Positions 25,990 to 39,689 of a DNA stretch of 64,000 bases are shown in pieces (position 1 is the first letter of the stretch; each line of letters opens with the position of its first letter). Under the pieces are notes generated by a model that was given only the letters and a program-made list of their open reading frames with translations, did not search any database and was not told the DNA's origin. Position numbers and translations under genes: made by a program. The DNA lies in assembly GCF_006345805.1 (NCBI RefSeq), contig NC_043001.1:103106001-103170000 (forward strand). Reading direction: 5' to 3'. The stretch is from Octopus sinensis (Eukaryota).

Positions 25990-26372
25990 CACAAAGCCCA
26001 AAATTTTTTGGGGGAGGGGGCCAGTAGATTAGATCGACTCCAGTACGCAAATGGTATTAATTTATTGACTCCAAAAGGATGAAAGGCAAAGAACATAAAG
26101 ACAGATGAAATACCATGAAGCATTTTGCCTGGCGTGCTAACATTTCTTACTGCCCACAAGTTGCTAAACATAGAGGGGACAAACAAGGACAGACAGACAG
26201 ATTAAGTTGATTACATCGACCCCAGTGAGTAACTGGTACTTAATTTATCGACCCCGAAAGGATGAAAGGCAAAGTCGACCTTGGCGGAATTTGAACTCAG
26301 GATGTAGCGGCAGATGAAATACTGCTAAACATTTCGCCTGGCGTGCTAACGATTCTGCCAGCTTGCCGCCTT
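25990..26372 (-). mobile_element. SINE family B, two tandem partial copies
   Basis: Duplicated GCCTGGCGTGCTAAC and GGATGAAAGGCAAAG segments. Confidence 0.8.
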
Positions 26373-27369
26373 TTAACAATTGCAAGCTGTATGACTCATT
26401 CTGCTCGGAAAGGAAGGACTGGTATGGCATGTACCTACATTCGTTTTTGTTGGTGCTGATACTCAACATAATATGAATGTGAGACAAGATAGATGATATG
26501 TTGTTGATGTTATTGTTAGTCACTATCAGTGTTGTTTAATCCCAGCTCAGATCTGATCACGATGACTGATGATTAAAGTTATTTTTACCTGGTTTGTTTG
26601 TGGTGATGAATAAAAATGTATATGATTATTGCTGTTGTTATTAGTAAAAGACCAATACCTGTGCAGATATCTGGAATCATCTGATGTGTCAGGAATGGAG
26701 GCAGATATTGCTCAGCTGCCTTGACAACAAATGAGACGTGCGCTGCAAAAAGTGTTGGCACCAAAACTGGCTTTTTGTAAGCCATGGAAAGAAGATTCCA
26801 AAAGTTTGAATCATGTGATTGCTTGACGCTGATTGGTTGCTTAATAGATTGATTACATGAAGCTGCTGTAGTTTGGCCACGACATAACATTTTAGCGATT
26901 TGGTTTCGAATCACCGCTTTAATATTATAACACATCTTGCTTTTTTATTCAGACATAGTTCATTCCGAACCACATTCTTCAATATATCCTTCCTTAAAAA
27001 GAGAGTTGGGTGTTATCTGAAATTGATTTGGCTGCAATTTCTAGCAAGTTGAGTAAAAAGGAATTTGAAGTTACTTTTTTTGTCAGTTGTTTTCTTGTTA
27101 TATTTTCTCTTTCGCTTTTCTTTTTTTACTGGTATTGTTGTTGTTGCAATTCTTACCATTTTTTTTAGTTCCATGTGATTTTACTCCTCTTGGTGTTTGA
27201 GCTGAGCGCTACATAATTGTTAATTACTGTTACCAACAGTGAGAAAATAATCTTTCTCTACAAACACATCCAGTCCCTTGTCCAACTTGCTCTAGATATG
27301 AGCAAATATGTCTAAAGACATTTTCTCATTGTCTTTCCTTTCACTGCTTTTCTCTTTATTTCTTACCAG

Positions 27370-27488
27370 TGAACAATAAAAGCAGGACAATTCTAAGGCA
27401 CCTGACAGATCATTCTTCAGTTCAGCAATTACAAGTAGCACTTTCAAAAATGAGTCAAATAACGCCTGTTCGAATCGCTCAGACAGAG
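27370..27488 (+). CDS. Exon: VNNKSRTILRHLTDHSSVQQLQVALSKMSQITPVRIAQTE
   Basis: ttcttaccag| ... gag|gtaatg; phase 1-0. Confidence 0.85.
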
Positions 27489-28230
27489 GTAATGTTTCCT
27501 ATTATATTCTTAAATAGAAGATTGTATATACAATAACGAAATTGTGATAAAAAGGATGGTGTACCTAATGTGGAGGCTGGGATAAATCCTCATCATCATT
27601 TAAAGTCCATTGTCCATACTGGCATGGGTTGGCATTCTGGAAGGCTCCAGTCTGATTTGGCATGGTTTCTATGGCTGGATGCCCCTCCTAATGCCAACCA
27701 CTTCAAGAGTATAATGGGTGATTTTACATGCTACCAGTATGGTTGCTATTCGCACATCTGCCACGACTGCGATTTTGCTCAGCTTGATGGGTCTTCTTCT
27801 CAAGCACGACATAATGCCAAAGGTCTTCGTTATTGCCTCTATGAGGCCCAACACTCGAAAGGAGCTCAGCCACTTTTCCCCCATGAAGCCAAATGCTTGA
27901 AAGGAACTCAGCCACCTCACCACCGAGAGGCTCAACAATATATAATGCAACTAGGTGGCTGGGTTACTATAATGATGATATTTACTTTGATTTCATCAAT
28001 ATTCCATAAGTTCAATTCCAGTGTGTACCTTTTTCTCCATCTTTTACTTGTTTCAGTCATTAGACTGTAGCCATACTGAGGCACTGCCTTGACAAACTTC
28101 AATGAATCCAACCCAGTATTTATCAACATTTAAAGCCTGGTACTTATTTTATCGGTGTCTTTTATCAAACTGTTAAGTTACAAGGACATAAACACACTCA
28201 CACCATATATATATATATATATATATATAT

Positions 28231-28608
28231 AGGGGTAGGAGTGGTTGTGTGGTAAGAAGCTTGCTTCCGAACCACACAGTTCCAGGTTCAGTCCCACTAC
28301 ATGATACCTTGGGCAAGTGTCTTCTACTATAGCCTTGAGCCGACCAAAGTCTTGTGAAAGGATTTGGTAGACAAAAAGCTGTAAGGAGCCTGATATATGT
28401 GTGTGTGTGAGAGACTGTGTTTGCCCCCCCCCCCCCACCACCTGACAACCAATGTTGGTGTGTTTACGTCCCCGTAACTTTGTGGTTTGGCAAAATAGAA
28501 TAAGTACTAGGCTTACAAAGAATAAGTCCTGGGGTTGATTTGTTTGACTAAAAGGCAGTACTCCAGCATGGCTGTAGCCAAATGACTGAAACGAGTAAAA
28601 GAGTAAAA

Positions 28609-28611
<3 letters not shown>
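28231..28611 (+). mobile_element. SINE family A, full-length and CpG-decayed; flanked by opposite-strand partial copies (28042-28205, 28645-28805)
   Basis: A-box GTGGTTGTGTGGTAAG, B-box GGTTCAGTCCC, tail GAGTAAAAGAGTAAAAG. Confidence 0.85.
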
Positions 28612-28646
<35 letters not shown>

Positions 28647-28990
28647 GAAGTGCTTCTTTAAGTTTCTGCCTATAAAATCCACTCACAAGGCTTTGGTCGG
28701 CCTGGGGCTATAGTAAAAGACGCTTGCTCAAGTTGCCACGCAGAGAGATTGAACCGAAAACAATGTGGTTGGGAAGTAAGCTTCCTACCACTCTGCTATA
28801 CCTACGTCTAGGGACAAATAGATGTGAAAGGCAGCAATGCGGTTATGTAGGTTTGAAACATCTTCCACTTAGCTAATTAGTATTCTAACGAAGTAACAGT
28901 GTGTGTGTGTGTGTGTATGCACACATACAAAGCTGACTGTAAAACATCAGAGCCTTATTTTCTAATGAATTAATTTACGTCTGGTTTCAG

Positions 28991-29170
28991 ATGGATGTTG
29001 ATTTGGATGGAAAGAAATTATTTTTTTCTGCTTCACTGCTGGATGCCCCTAAAGAAGAAAATAAACGTTTTCGAAGCGGCATAAAAGATAATGAAATGGC
29101 ATACGTGATGATCCGAGGATTTATGATGAATCAGTGGAATTTTTCAATTGAAATGAAAATAAATTCGAAG
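28991..29170 (+). CDS. Exon: MDVDLDGKKLFFSASLLDAPK...NFSIEMKINSK
   Basis: ggtttcag| ... aag|gtatgt; phase 0-0; 180 nt. Confidence 0.85.
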
Positions 29171-29276
29171 GTATGTATAGAGAGCTAAAAGGGTTTCGCA
29201 CAGTTTCCGTCATTGTATATACTCGTCTGCTGGTAAAATTATCATATGTTGAGTCATCATCCTCATCATCATCATC

Positions 29277-29333
<57 letters not shown>

Positions 29334-30137
29334 GAAATTATTGTATACAGTGCTCAGGTGCACCACAACTTGTCAATTGAAATACAATTAAATGTGATAT
29401 CATCATCATCATCATCATCGTTTAACGTCTGTTTTCCATGCTGGCATGGGTTGGATGGTTCGACTGGGTTCTGGGAAGCCAGGAGGCTGCATCAGGCATC
29501 AGTCTGATCTGGCAGTATTTCTACAGCTGGATGCCCTTCCTAATGCCAACCACTCTGAGAGTGTAGTGGGTGCTTTTTTACGTGCTACTGCAGGGGCAAG
29601 AGGGGGCTGGTATCAACCCCGATAGGATGGTGCTTTTTACGTGCCACCGACATGGAAGCCAGTTAAGGCAGCACTGGCATCGGCCATGTTTGGATGGTGC
29701 TTTTTACGTGCCACCGTTACAGGAATCACAACTACAGTTTCCATTTGATTGTGATTTGATTTGATGTTGTTGTACTTGACTCAAGAGTTCTCCTCAAGCA
29801 CAGCATGTCGCCCTATGATCCAAGGTCCTTTTGAATGGGCTGGTTATTTTCATTTGATAACGTTTCATTTGAAGTTAGAATTAAAACAAGAACTAAGGAT
29901 CATGATCATTGCAGGCCCAGCCCAGACTTATCATTTACACACTGTTCAAGTAAACTCCTCATAAAGGCTTTTCGGAAGCTTTTCTTCTCTGGAAGAAATC
30001 TGTCACTTACCTCTGTTTAGTGGATTAATGAACGAGAATTAATGAATGAAGTATCAGTTATTCAATTGTGTGTGTGAGTGTTTATTGCTTGTATAATTCT
30101 AGTAAAATCTTTTGTTATCTGAAATATTGAACTTTAG

Positions 30138-30714
30138 GAAAAGATGATTGTGAACATCACGGCTGAGAACATATGGAAGTCTTCAGCAGACAGAATATTC
30201 TCTTCAACCACAAAAACACTGGAATCATCAACGACTGCACATAAGGCAACAGTTACCAGCAAACCAGTCACCACGAGTTCAGTTTTCAAATCAACCGCAT
30301 CTCACAGCACGAAACATTCTTTGAGATCTTCATCTCCACATCCTACACGTCCTGTTCATACTACTAAACATAAAACCTCAAACAAACCAATAATAACATC
30401 CTTCGCCACAACTTCTGTCCATTCAACCACACGAAGATCTTCAAAGGCCCCAACTAAATCATCTCCTTCAAGTAAATCTGTTCCTTCTACTAAACACACC
30501 ACCACCTCAAACGCACCCAAAGTTTCATCCGTTACTCCAGCATTAAGACATTTCACGAGCTCCCAGACATCAACACCTTCCAAAACTACTTTCAAAACGA
30601 CTTTATCAAACAAGAAATCAACAAATAAACATCTTCGCACAACAACCATGACTTCAAAATCACCAAGTTCGACGAGAAAGGCCAAAACCAAACTCCCTAA
30701 CTTTTCTACCATTC
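30138..30714 (+). CDS. Large exon encoding a Ser/Thr/Lys/His/Pro-rich mucin-like stalk
   Basis: actttag| ... attc|gtaagt; ORF 30144-30722 is non-repetitive and S/T-rich; phase 0-1. Confidence 0.88.
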
Positions 30715-30954
30715 GTAAGTAATCTACTTCGGTTGTATTGTTCATGTTTACTTTGATCTGTTCAAGAGCAAAACGTGAGTGGGCCCCTGCAGTTGCGTAA
30801 ATAAAATACAATGTAAAATGCTGAGGGATTTACGTAATTTCATTAAACAACATTTAGTTCTATTAACTGAGAATTTAATTTCCAGAACAAAACAGGAAAT
30901 GTGAAAATTACTATTTGTAAATCTCACAACGAGAGATATTCAGCAACAGTACTT

Positions 30955-31240
30955 TGGAGTAAAAATTTTTTACCAACATAACATGGCAGTCCTGGTTTAG
31001 GATGAATGTTGCTGTAATTTAGCCCCAGGAGACATCGTCTCCAGCTGGCTATGCAACATGATCTGAGTCCTTATGATTTTGAGTTGAGTGGGGGAGCTAG
31101 ATTCCCTTGTTCGAAAATATAAGGACACAGATTGTGTCGTATAGCCTGCTGGAGATGATGTCTTCTGGGGCTAAATTACAGCAACATTTGTCCTAAACCA
31201 GGACTGCCATGTTATGCTGGTAAACAATCTTTACCCCAAA
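30955..31240. repeat. About 285-bp palindromic MITE-like element
   Basis: TTTACCAACATAACATGGCAGTCCTGGTTTAGGA / TCCTAAACCAGGACTGCCATGTTATGCTGGTAAA. Confidence 0.85.
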
Positions 31241-32176
31241 TCAGGAAATGTTGTTCAGTTTTGGCTCTGATCAAAGACTCAGGACCTATGTAATATCTCT
31301 TCTAATTACACCTGGTACAGTACTTACAATTACCACATGAAACATCTCTAGCAGTTTTAAACACACACTTATATGTGACTGATGAATGCAAGCAGCAAAC
31401 TAGTTCTTTGTATTTTGCCAAGAAACTGTTTTGCAAATGAACAGGGAACTCATAAGAAAAATATTGATAAAATATCAGTGATGATTGAATTAAATTTTCA
31501 GGAAGTAAAATTCTTTAATCTGTTTCTACTCATGTCTGAGCTCAATTTTATTTTCTGTAGTTCTGAAAGTATAAGTCTTTGTTTACATATTACAAATTAA
31601 ACAATCCAGGCAATAGAAAGAATTCCTAGGTTTAGAAAATTGTTCTTGAAGTTTTGCTACAAACAACAAACAAATTTGTTATTGGACATACTTAGAATGG
31701 GTTTCATTTTAAACATGTATTTGAGAATACTCGGAATCTAATCCACATATCCATTTTCTCATAAGGCCATTTCTTTTTAATAGATTCTATTAAGCAGGTT
31801 ACAGGAAGACATAATTCCTCGTATTTCTTTGGAACTTAGACTCTTCCCCAGAAGTAAACTGATGACACGAGAAGTTGTTTTCTATTTCAAGTGTGCATTG
31901 TATGCAGACTTACCACTAAAGTGTACGGTACACACAAACTTTACCTCACCGCAAGTTTGGTGGATGCACAGACTAATCCACCAGGTACATAGTGTATATA
32001 GAGACCAATATATTAAGTGGATATTGTATGTAGAGATTAAATCCCTGTGTGTAGTGTATATAGAAGCTAATCCACCAGATGAGCAGTGTCCAAACACAAT
32101 ATGTATAATCTTTCCTGTATTACAACCAATAAATGTAATACAACTGAAAGGGAATTTAGATATACCTATATATACT

Positions 32177-32545
32177 GTGGAGGCACAATGGCCCTGTGGT
32201 TAGGGCAGCAGACTTGCGGTCATAGGTTCGCAGTTTCGATTCTCAGACCAGACAATGTGAGTGTTTATTGAGTGAAAACATTTAAAGCTCTGGCAGGGGG
32301 TGGTGGTGAACCCTGCTTTCATCACAACTTTCTCTCACTTTTTCTTCCTGTTTCTGTTGTACCTGTATTTCAAAGGGCCAGCCTTGTCACACTCTTGTTT
32401 CATGCTGAATCTCCCCTAGAATTACATTAAGGGTACACATGTCTGTGGAGTGCTCAGCCACTTGCATATTAATTTCACAAGCAGGCTGTTCTGTTGATCG
32501 GATCAACTGGAACCCTCGTCATCGTAACCGACGGAGTACAACCAA
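32177..32545 (+). mobile_element. tRNA-derived SINE family C; reverse partial copy at about 53800-53960
   Basis: A-box TGGCCCTGTGG, B-box GTTTCGATTC; body GGATCAACTGGAAC..GTCATCGTAACC shared with the 53800 region. Confidence 0.7.
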
Positions 32546-32689
32546 TGTATACTAAATTAAGTTAACATCTAAGCAGCAAATTCAGTTTTCCTTTCTCACA
32601 TCAAAGGAAATCATTAACGAGTTTGAAATTGCTTTGATGACCTTGCAGGCTTTGAATGATATCCTAAAAGTGCAATTGATTTTTTGCAG

Positions 32690-32740
32690 ATGAGAGGAGA
32701 TGTTCGCCTTGCAATTTACGTCGAAATTACAATGAGATCC
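32690..32740 (+). CDS. Possible 51-nt symmetric exon (ERRCSPCNLRRNYNEI) between stalk and TM
   Basis: Good acceptor ttttttgcag|, weak donor cc|gttaga; phase 1-1 and open, but not needed to keep frame. Confidence 0.4.
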
Positions 32741-33662
32741 GTTAGAAAATTCTCTGATTTGTTTAATTGGATTCCATGCTGTGGTTGTGTTTTTGTTAAT
32801 GTTTGGGGGTTTGGTATTTATGTGGTTTGTTTGTTGTGTTTTGATGTATTTTATGGAAATTGTACAGGGTCTTAGGCTGTTTTCTTATACTTGGAGTTTG
32901 ATATAATTTTATTCACACAATAATCTATAAATCTAGAAATATTAAATTTCTAAATATCTCGGAGAGATATAAGCAGTGGCGGAACGATAGAGCAGTTGTA
33001 TATTGTCAACTTAATGTGACAGTCCCATAAAGGGAATCACACCACCGCTATTTAGCCCTAGGAAGCATCAACGCTTCCTGTTGGCTTAGACACATTTCCT
33101 GTGTCCTTATGTTTACAAAGGGGAGACAAGCACCCCCAACAGCTAGACCTGCACTCAGAGACATGTTTCTGAGTCTTGCTCGTCATCAGTCTGGAGTAAC
33201 GTTTTCACTGAAAATATATATGTTTGCAAAGTCGAGACAAGTATCTTCAGCTAGCAGGTCATGCTACTCTGGATGCAGTTATAAGGTGATTATGATTATG
33301 AAAGACACACACACATACATGCACACACATATATACAGAGAGAGAGGGGAGAGAGAGAGAGAATAGAAATGTGTATATTCAGGCACGTTTAAGACTAGCA
33401 CCAGGTGCTTTTTACATGGTACCAACACCACATGGCATCAGCACCAGCTGCTAAAAACATCTCCCTGATATCAATCACCACTGTCTAAAACATGGGAAGC
33501 ACATTGGATAATGTGATCCCAGATACACAATGTCTGAAAAGAATAGACTTAATTGAGAATAATGTGAAACTAAGCTGAAATAAAACAACTCAGCTAAATT
33601 CGTATAAAATGCAGGAAGGATATCTTTCAGGTCGGAAGTTGTAAAATTGAAAGGGGGAAAAG

Positions 33663-33864
33663 ACTCTTTTACTCTTTTACTTGTTTCAGTCATGTGACTG
33701 TGGCCATGCTGGAGCACCACCTTTAGTCGAGCAAATTGACCCCAGGACTTAATCTATCAGTCTCTTTTGCCGAACCACTAAGTTACAGGGACATAAATAC
33801 AACAGCATCAGTTGTTAAGCGATGTTGGGGGGGGGGGATGACAAACATAGACACACAAACATAT

Positions 33865-33928
<64 letters not shown>

Positions 33929-34090
33929 TACGACGGGCTTCTTTCAGTTTCTGTCTACCAAATCCACTCACAAGGCTTTGGTTGGCCCGAGATTATAGTA
34001 GAAGACACTTGCCCAAGGTGCCACGCAGTAGGACTGAACCCGGAACCAGGTGGTTGGTAAGCAAGCTACTTACCACACAGCCACTCCTAT
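33663..34090 (-). mobile_element. SINE family A, near full-length
   Basis: Colinear with the 49582-49975 copy in reverse complement. Confidence 0.88.
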
Positions 34091-34768
34091 GTCTAATTAA
34101 AATATTAAAAAAATCACATTTTGTGGGATGAAACTAGATGTTTTTAGTGAAACTGAAATATTATTTCTTCACCAGCCGCTTTCATCCTTCCAGGACCCAT
34201 GGTGTGCAGTTGTCCAACACAAACAACTTCAAAAACTTGCTCTGAAAGTTTGTCACAAAGTAGCGAAGATATGTTTACTCGAAGTAAGTAAGCTTTTACG
34301 CAATTGCACTTTATTTTTCATTGATGACTTGACAACACGCACATATGCATACATTAAGATAGACACATAAGCAAGTGAAATTAAAATCAAAATCGCTGAC
34401 GTGGCCGATGACAGTACTGCCTGATTGGCACCCATGCCAGTGGAACGTTAAAAGCATATCTGAGCGGGATCATTGCCAGGGCCACGGATTGGTGCCGGTG
34501 CAGGTGGCACATAAAAAGCACCATCCGAGTGTGATCATTGCCAGCGTTGCCTTACTGGCACCTGTGCCATTGGCACATGAAAAACAACATTCAAGCGTGG
34601 TCATTGCCAGTACTGCCTGACTGGCTCTCATGCAGGTGGCATGTAAAAAAACACCTTCTGAGCGTGGTCGTTGCCATAACTGCCTGACTGGCCCTCGTGC
34701 CCTTGGCATGTAAAAGCACCCACTACACTTTTGGAGTGGTTGGCATTAGGAAGGGCATCCAGCTATAG

Positions 34769-35300
34769 AGGAAGAACGGGATTGCTTCATGAAAAAGTGT
34801 TGCAAATGTTGTCTTTACCTGCAGCCAACCGTGAAGGCCTTCTCTATCCAACTTTGTCATTAAGATTGCATTCTCCTTAAGATCAAGAAAAACGGCTGCA
34901 AGTTTGGGATTAAGATCCTGGTCGCTAATAACATCATAATGATGAAGGTGAAAAAGCCACTTCAGTGGCTTCAAGTTGAGTATATCTTGGAAGCATCTTC
35001 TCATGTCCATTTGCAAGTTCTTCAAATGGCTGACACAGCTGATAATTACAGCTTCTGATGGTTCTGTTTTAACGAGATGACTGATAAAGGCAAATTTACT
35101 CCTTTGAAGCTGAATTATCTGTAAATCAAGCTTGTTTATGAACGACCACATCTTCTTGGTACAGTCCACTATTGTTGCCCCATGGCCTTCAATCAACTTA
35201 TCTAAGGTGTTCTGAACTTTAGAAGACACAGATTTTTTTGTCATCATGAATAAAGTGTGTCTATTTCCCAATCGTGATGGTCCAGTCACAGATTGCTATA
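34769..35300 (-). mobile_element. hAT (Charlie/ZBED-like) transposase C-terminal fragment
   Basis: ATIVDCTKKMWSFINKL..F..HL..HLKNLQMDMRRCFQDILNL..W pattern typical of hAT C-terminal domains. Confidence 0.55.
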
Positions 35301-36146
35301 TCCCAGTTAGATTGTCATAGATCCCAGTAGTCTGTCTCTCCTGGGATGTAATTGGCACTGTTAGTTTTCATCCAAAGCCAACACAGAAAACACTTGGTGC
35401 AGTTAATAAAACTTCTGTCAATTGTTCATGAATTCTTTTAATTATTTTTACCTGCAGCCTTAGAAAGGCATTTTCATTTTTCACCAACATCAAGCACCCA
35501 ACAACATCTCTCAACAGTCCAAATTATTTTACATCTCCATCTCTGGTTTGAAATATAAGCCATTAGATTCAGTGAAGAGATCTTGTTCAGTGGATTAATG
35601 ACAACTTCATCCTTGTGTCATTGATGAAATATAAAGATTTTTCAGCCGAACTTCAACATTATTTCCACCTCAGTACCATTTCCTTTGAATCTTTAAAAGT
35701 CACTTGTACCATAAACCAAGTCATTTGTTTGATATTTCATGATGAGGGATCGATCCAAAGATGTTTGACCACCTTTGTAGTGTAAGGGAGTTTTGAATAA
35801 ATCCTTCTCTTCTTTGATTTGAAATAATGTTTAATAGAACGGGGCCAGTTGAAGGAGAGTAATTGTGTTGCTGTGTATTTTTGTGTTGTGACCCTGAATT
35901 GTGTAGGGGCTGTATGGCACAAGGTCCCAACCTTTGATGAATTCTGAATTTGGTATTAAGCTCGTTTGGGCAATGTCTGCATACCAGGACTGACCTGAAC
36001 TTAAACAACTTCCTAATCATGTTTAAATGCTCAAAAATTTACATCTTTTGTACCCAGTTTTCCTTTAGAAACATTTTAGTTTTGCAAAAGTTTAAAAAAC
36101 GCATTTTGTGTATTTTAATATATTTACAAAATATTTATTTTTACAG

Positions 36147-36289
36147 GTACACTTGCTGGAAGTATATTTGGCGGTTTCTTTCTTGGTATAGCTGCAGCCT
36201 TGATATTAAACGCTGTAAGGCTGCGGTTTATAAATAGATTCAAAGGACCTCATTACCACAGCACCGATAACCCTTACGCTCAATTCTAG
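36147..36289 (+). CDS. Terminal exon: TM helix (TLAGSIFGGFFLGIAAALILNAV) + cytoplasmic tail RLRFINRFKGPHYHSTDNPYAQF*
   Basis: tttttacag| acceptor, phase 1. Hydrophobic stretch followed by basic stop-transfer residues; TAG at 36287-36289. Confidence 0.87.
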
Positions 36290-36563
36290 AATAACTCATA
36301 ACTTAAGCAAAGATGCCCTCTTTTGTTATATCTTGTATTCTTGTCTGCTTTCCACCTACATACCTACCTACATATATACACATATACACATGCATATGTA
36401 TGTACAGAAATTAAATATATATTCCACATATATACATACTTACGCATATGTATATGTTTAAATATATTTGCAAATATATATATATAATGTGTATGCATGT
36501 ATACACATACATACAAGGTATATACATATAAATAATATATAATATATATATATGTATTCAGTT

Positions 36564-36993
36564 TCTCTTTTACTCTTTTACTTGTTTCAGTCATGTGACT
36601 GTGGCCATGCTGAAGCACCACCTTTAGCCGAGCAAATTGACCCCAGGACTTATTCTTTGTAAGCCTAGTATTTATTCTATCAGTTTCTTTTGCCGAACTG
36701 CTAAGTTACGGGGACGTAAACACACCAGCATTGGTTGTCAAGCGATGTTGGGAGGACAAACACACTCACACACATGCGCACACACACACACACATGCGTG
36801 CACACACACACACACAACACACACACATACGATGGGCTTCTTTCAGTTTCCATCTACCAAATCCACTCACAAGGCTTTGGTCGGACCGAGGCTATAGTAG
36901 AAGACACTTGCCCAAGGTGCCATGCAGTGGGACTGAACCCGGAACCATGTGGTTGGTAAGCAAGCTACTTACCACACAGCCACTCCTACGCCT
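36564..36993 (-). mobile_element. SINE family A, full-length
   Basis: Colinear with the other family A copies. Confidence 0.88.
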
Positions 36994-37253
36994 ATATATG
37001 AATGTTTTTTTTTATACAGTGCCATGTTTACAATCCTGTAAATAATAATAATGGTAGTTTTCTACAAGCTTTAAAGCTTACAGCGATCACCGTGCAATGA
37101 CTAAGGAAAATAGTCTAACAAAGGGGCATATAAGCCCTCCACAGAAAAAAGAAGGCTTTTCTATCCGCATAGGAAAGCCGGTGATTGCCATAAGCTTTAA
37201 ACTTATATAGAAATACCATTATTATATTTTACAGGATATATATGTACATATAT

Positions 37254-37285
<32 letters not shown>

Positions 37286-37647
37286 ATCATACATTCATAG
37301 TCCTTTGCATGCAACCCTCTGTGTGCCTGTGTATATGAAATCATAACTAATGAATCACCATTTCTCCCATTCATGTTTCTCCTTCCATGTTTTTTCTCCT
37401 TTTTTTGTTCATTTCTTGTTCAAATTTTTCTTTAGTTACACAATCTTCATTTTCGCTGATGCTGGCCTTCTTCGTGTCTTCCAACACTGGCTCCATGCCA
37501 TTTTCTATATACCACTCTGCTTCGGTTCAGTTCTGGCAACTGATCAAATCTTTCTTCCCCTTTATTCTGGATAAGTACAGCCTATCAGTGTTACTCAGTA
37601 TTATGTGGAAGGCTCCGTGTACTGTCAACATTTTTCTGGTCTTGGTG

Positions 37648-37679
<32 letters not shown>

Positions 37680-37789
37680 CAGGTGGTAAGCTGGCAGCAC
37701 CATTAGCATGCTGGGCAAAATGCTAAGTGGCATTTCGTTCATCTCTATGTTTCAAATTCTGCCGAGGTTGACTTTGCCTTTCATTATGT

Positions 37790-38105
37790 TGAAGCCCTCC
37801 ACCCAACAAAGATTATGACCCTGGTGGGGTGGATATAATCCCAAAATACCAAGCTCTGTCTTGAGGATTGCCCTTAATCTGAACATTTTTTTCTGATCTT
37901 TCCCTCCTCATCATTACATGCTTAATCCCATCCCCTTCAAATACCACCAGGTATTTGTAACCCCACTCGCCCCTGGTTCCAACTCCTTTATAATATTCTC
38001 TTGGTCAAGTTTCACATGGATCGTTTCTGTCACTTGCCCTGTGATAAATGTAGCTTTTGTGCATTTGTCTTGGCCAAATTCCATCTTGATGTCATCACTA
38101 AATTG
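37790..38105 (-). mobile_element. R4/Dong-like RT fragment
   Basis: FSDDIKMEFGQDKC..IIKELEP..AILKTEL. Confidence 0.7.
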
Positions 38106-39689
38106 CACTTGCTGTTGTGATCATCATCGTCATCATTATCATCCTCATCATCATCATAATTACCATCATCATCATCATCATCGTCATTATTATTGCAATA
38201 AAGAAAGGTTTATGATTGTTTTTCAATTGTGTTATTTTTATTTTGTGTTTTTGCTGCACCACCAAGTGCAGAATGTGAATCACATGCACGTGGAGTCTTT
38301 TCTGGGTGTTTTTTTTTTATTTGTTTTGATAGAATATATTGTCAGGCTGTAAAATACTTAAACGGCAACAATGCTGATTCTGATTACATCGGTATAATAA
38401 TAATAATAATAATAATAATTGTGTACAGTGCTCAGGTGCACTACAACTTAGAATCTTTAATGAGGTAGGCTAATTGTAATGAAATTTTTAATTAATTTAT
38501 TTTTGCAAATAGGCTTCAGATAGAGTAGATATCAATTATATCAGAATTTATTGGGAAAAAAAATCCTGGGGGTGGAAGTGGGGATGGAAACTTTCAGAAA
38601 ACTGGGTCCCTTTTTTTTGTATTGAAATTTCCTACAAATACCTTTCAGAATATGTAAATTCCGATTATACCAGATTTTGATGTGAAAATAAAAAATGGCA
38701 CTCATGTATGTATGCAAACCGACACACACCACAGTTTTTGCTGAAATTTCAAGTTTCATTTTATAGATATACGTGACATGTGTCAGTATGTATGTGTGCG
38801 AGGCCACCAGTTTTTTTTTTTTCATATTAAATTCCAATATAATCGTAATTTATACTCTCTGAAAGGTATTTGTGGAAAATTTCATAAAACTCATTGAGCT
38901 TGAGTGAAACCCGTTCAAGTTGGAGATGATAAACGCGATCTGTCTTGAGACAGAATTCCAGGAAGCCATACTCAGCATCCAATCCATCTTGGTGGTGGCT
39001 CAGCTAACACCAGGGGATGCCGTCTACAATCTTGGCTCTCCAATCCTCCCCAAAATAGCCATTTTTCGGAAAGTTTTGAGAAAACCAAACTGATTCATGT
39101 GAATTTTCAGGAACTTCTCTGTCCACCCAAAGAAAATCATTTTAAAACAAACTGTGTTATAATCAGAATCTTCAACATCTGAAGCGTATTTGTAGAAAAT
39201 TTCATTAAAACAAACATTCATTTTTCTGAAAGTTATGAGGAAACAAAGTCAGGAGTGATGGGGCTCACTTATGTAGTATGCCAGCTATTCAATTGATGTT
39301 CACAAGAAATACAGCAGAATTTTGCACACAATATCTGCACATTTAATACGATGAAATTTTATCAATATAACGAGATGACCATATACGATCCAATTTGGAT
39401 ATCAATCAATACTAAATCAGATCACTTCTACTGACGATAAGTCTTTAGTTAACCATGATGGTTGTTCACCCTCAGTCATTTATTCAGTAATTGCAGTGTC
39501 TAAATAATGTGATAACGTCATCATCATCATCATCATCATTATCGTCGTCGTCGTCGTTTAAGGTCTGTTTTCCATGCTAGCTTGTTTGAACCCGCTGTCA
39601 AGGGAGATAACTGTGCCTACAGCCTCATTAAAGATCACACACACTCTCTCTCACTTCTACGACAACCATTTGGTGTGGTTGTAAAAAGC

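Noticed and set aside
34395-34730. CRISPR-like repeat-spacer periodicity
   Set aside because: Units are degenerate subrepeats of the RTE 3' UTR with related spacers; eukaryotic context and no cas genes.
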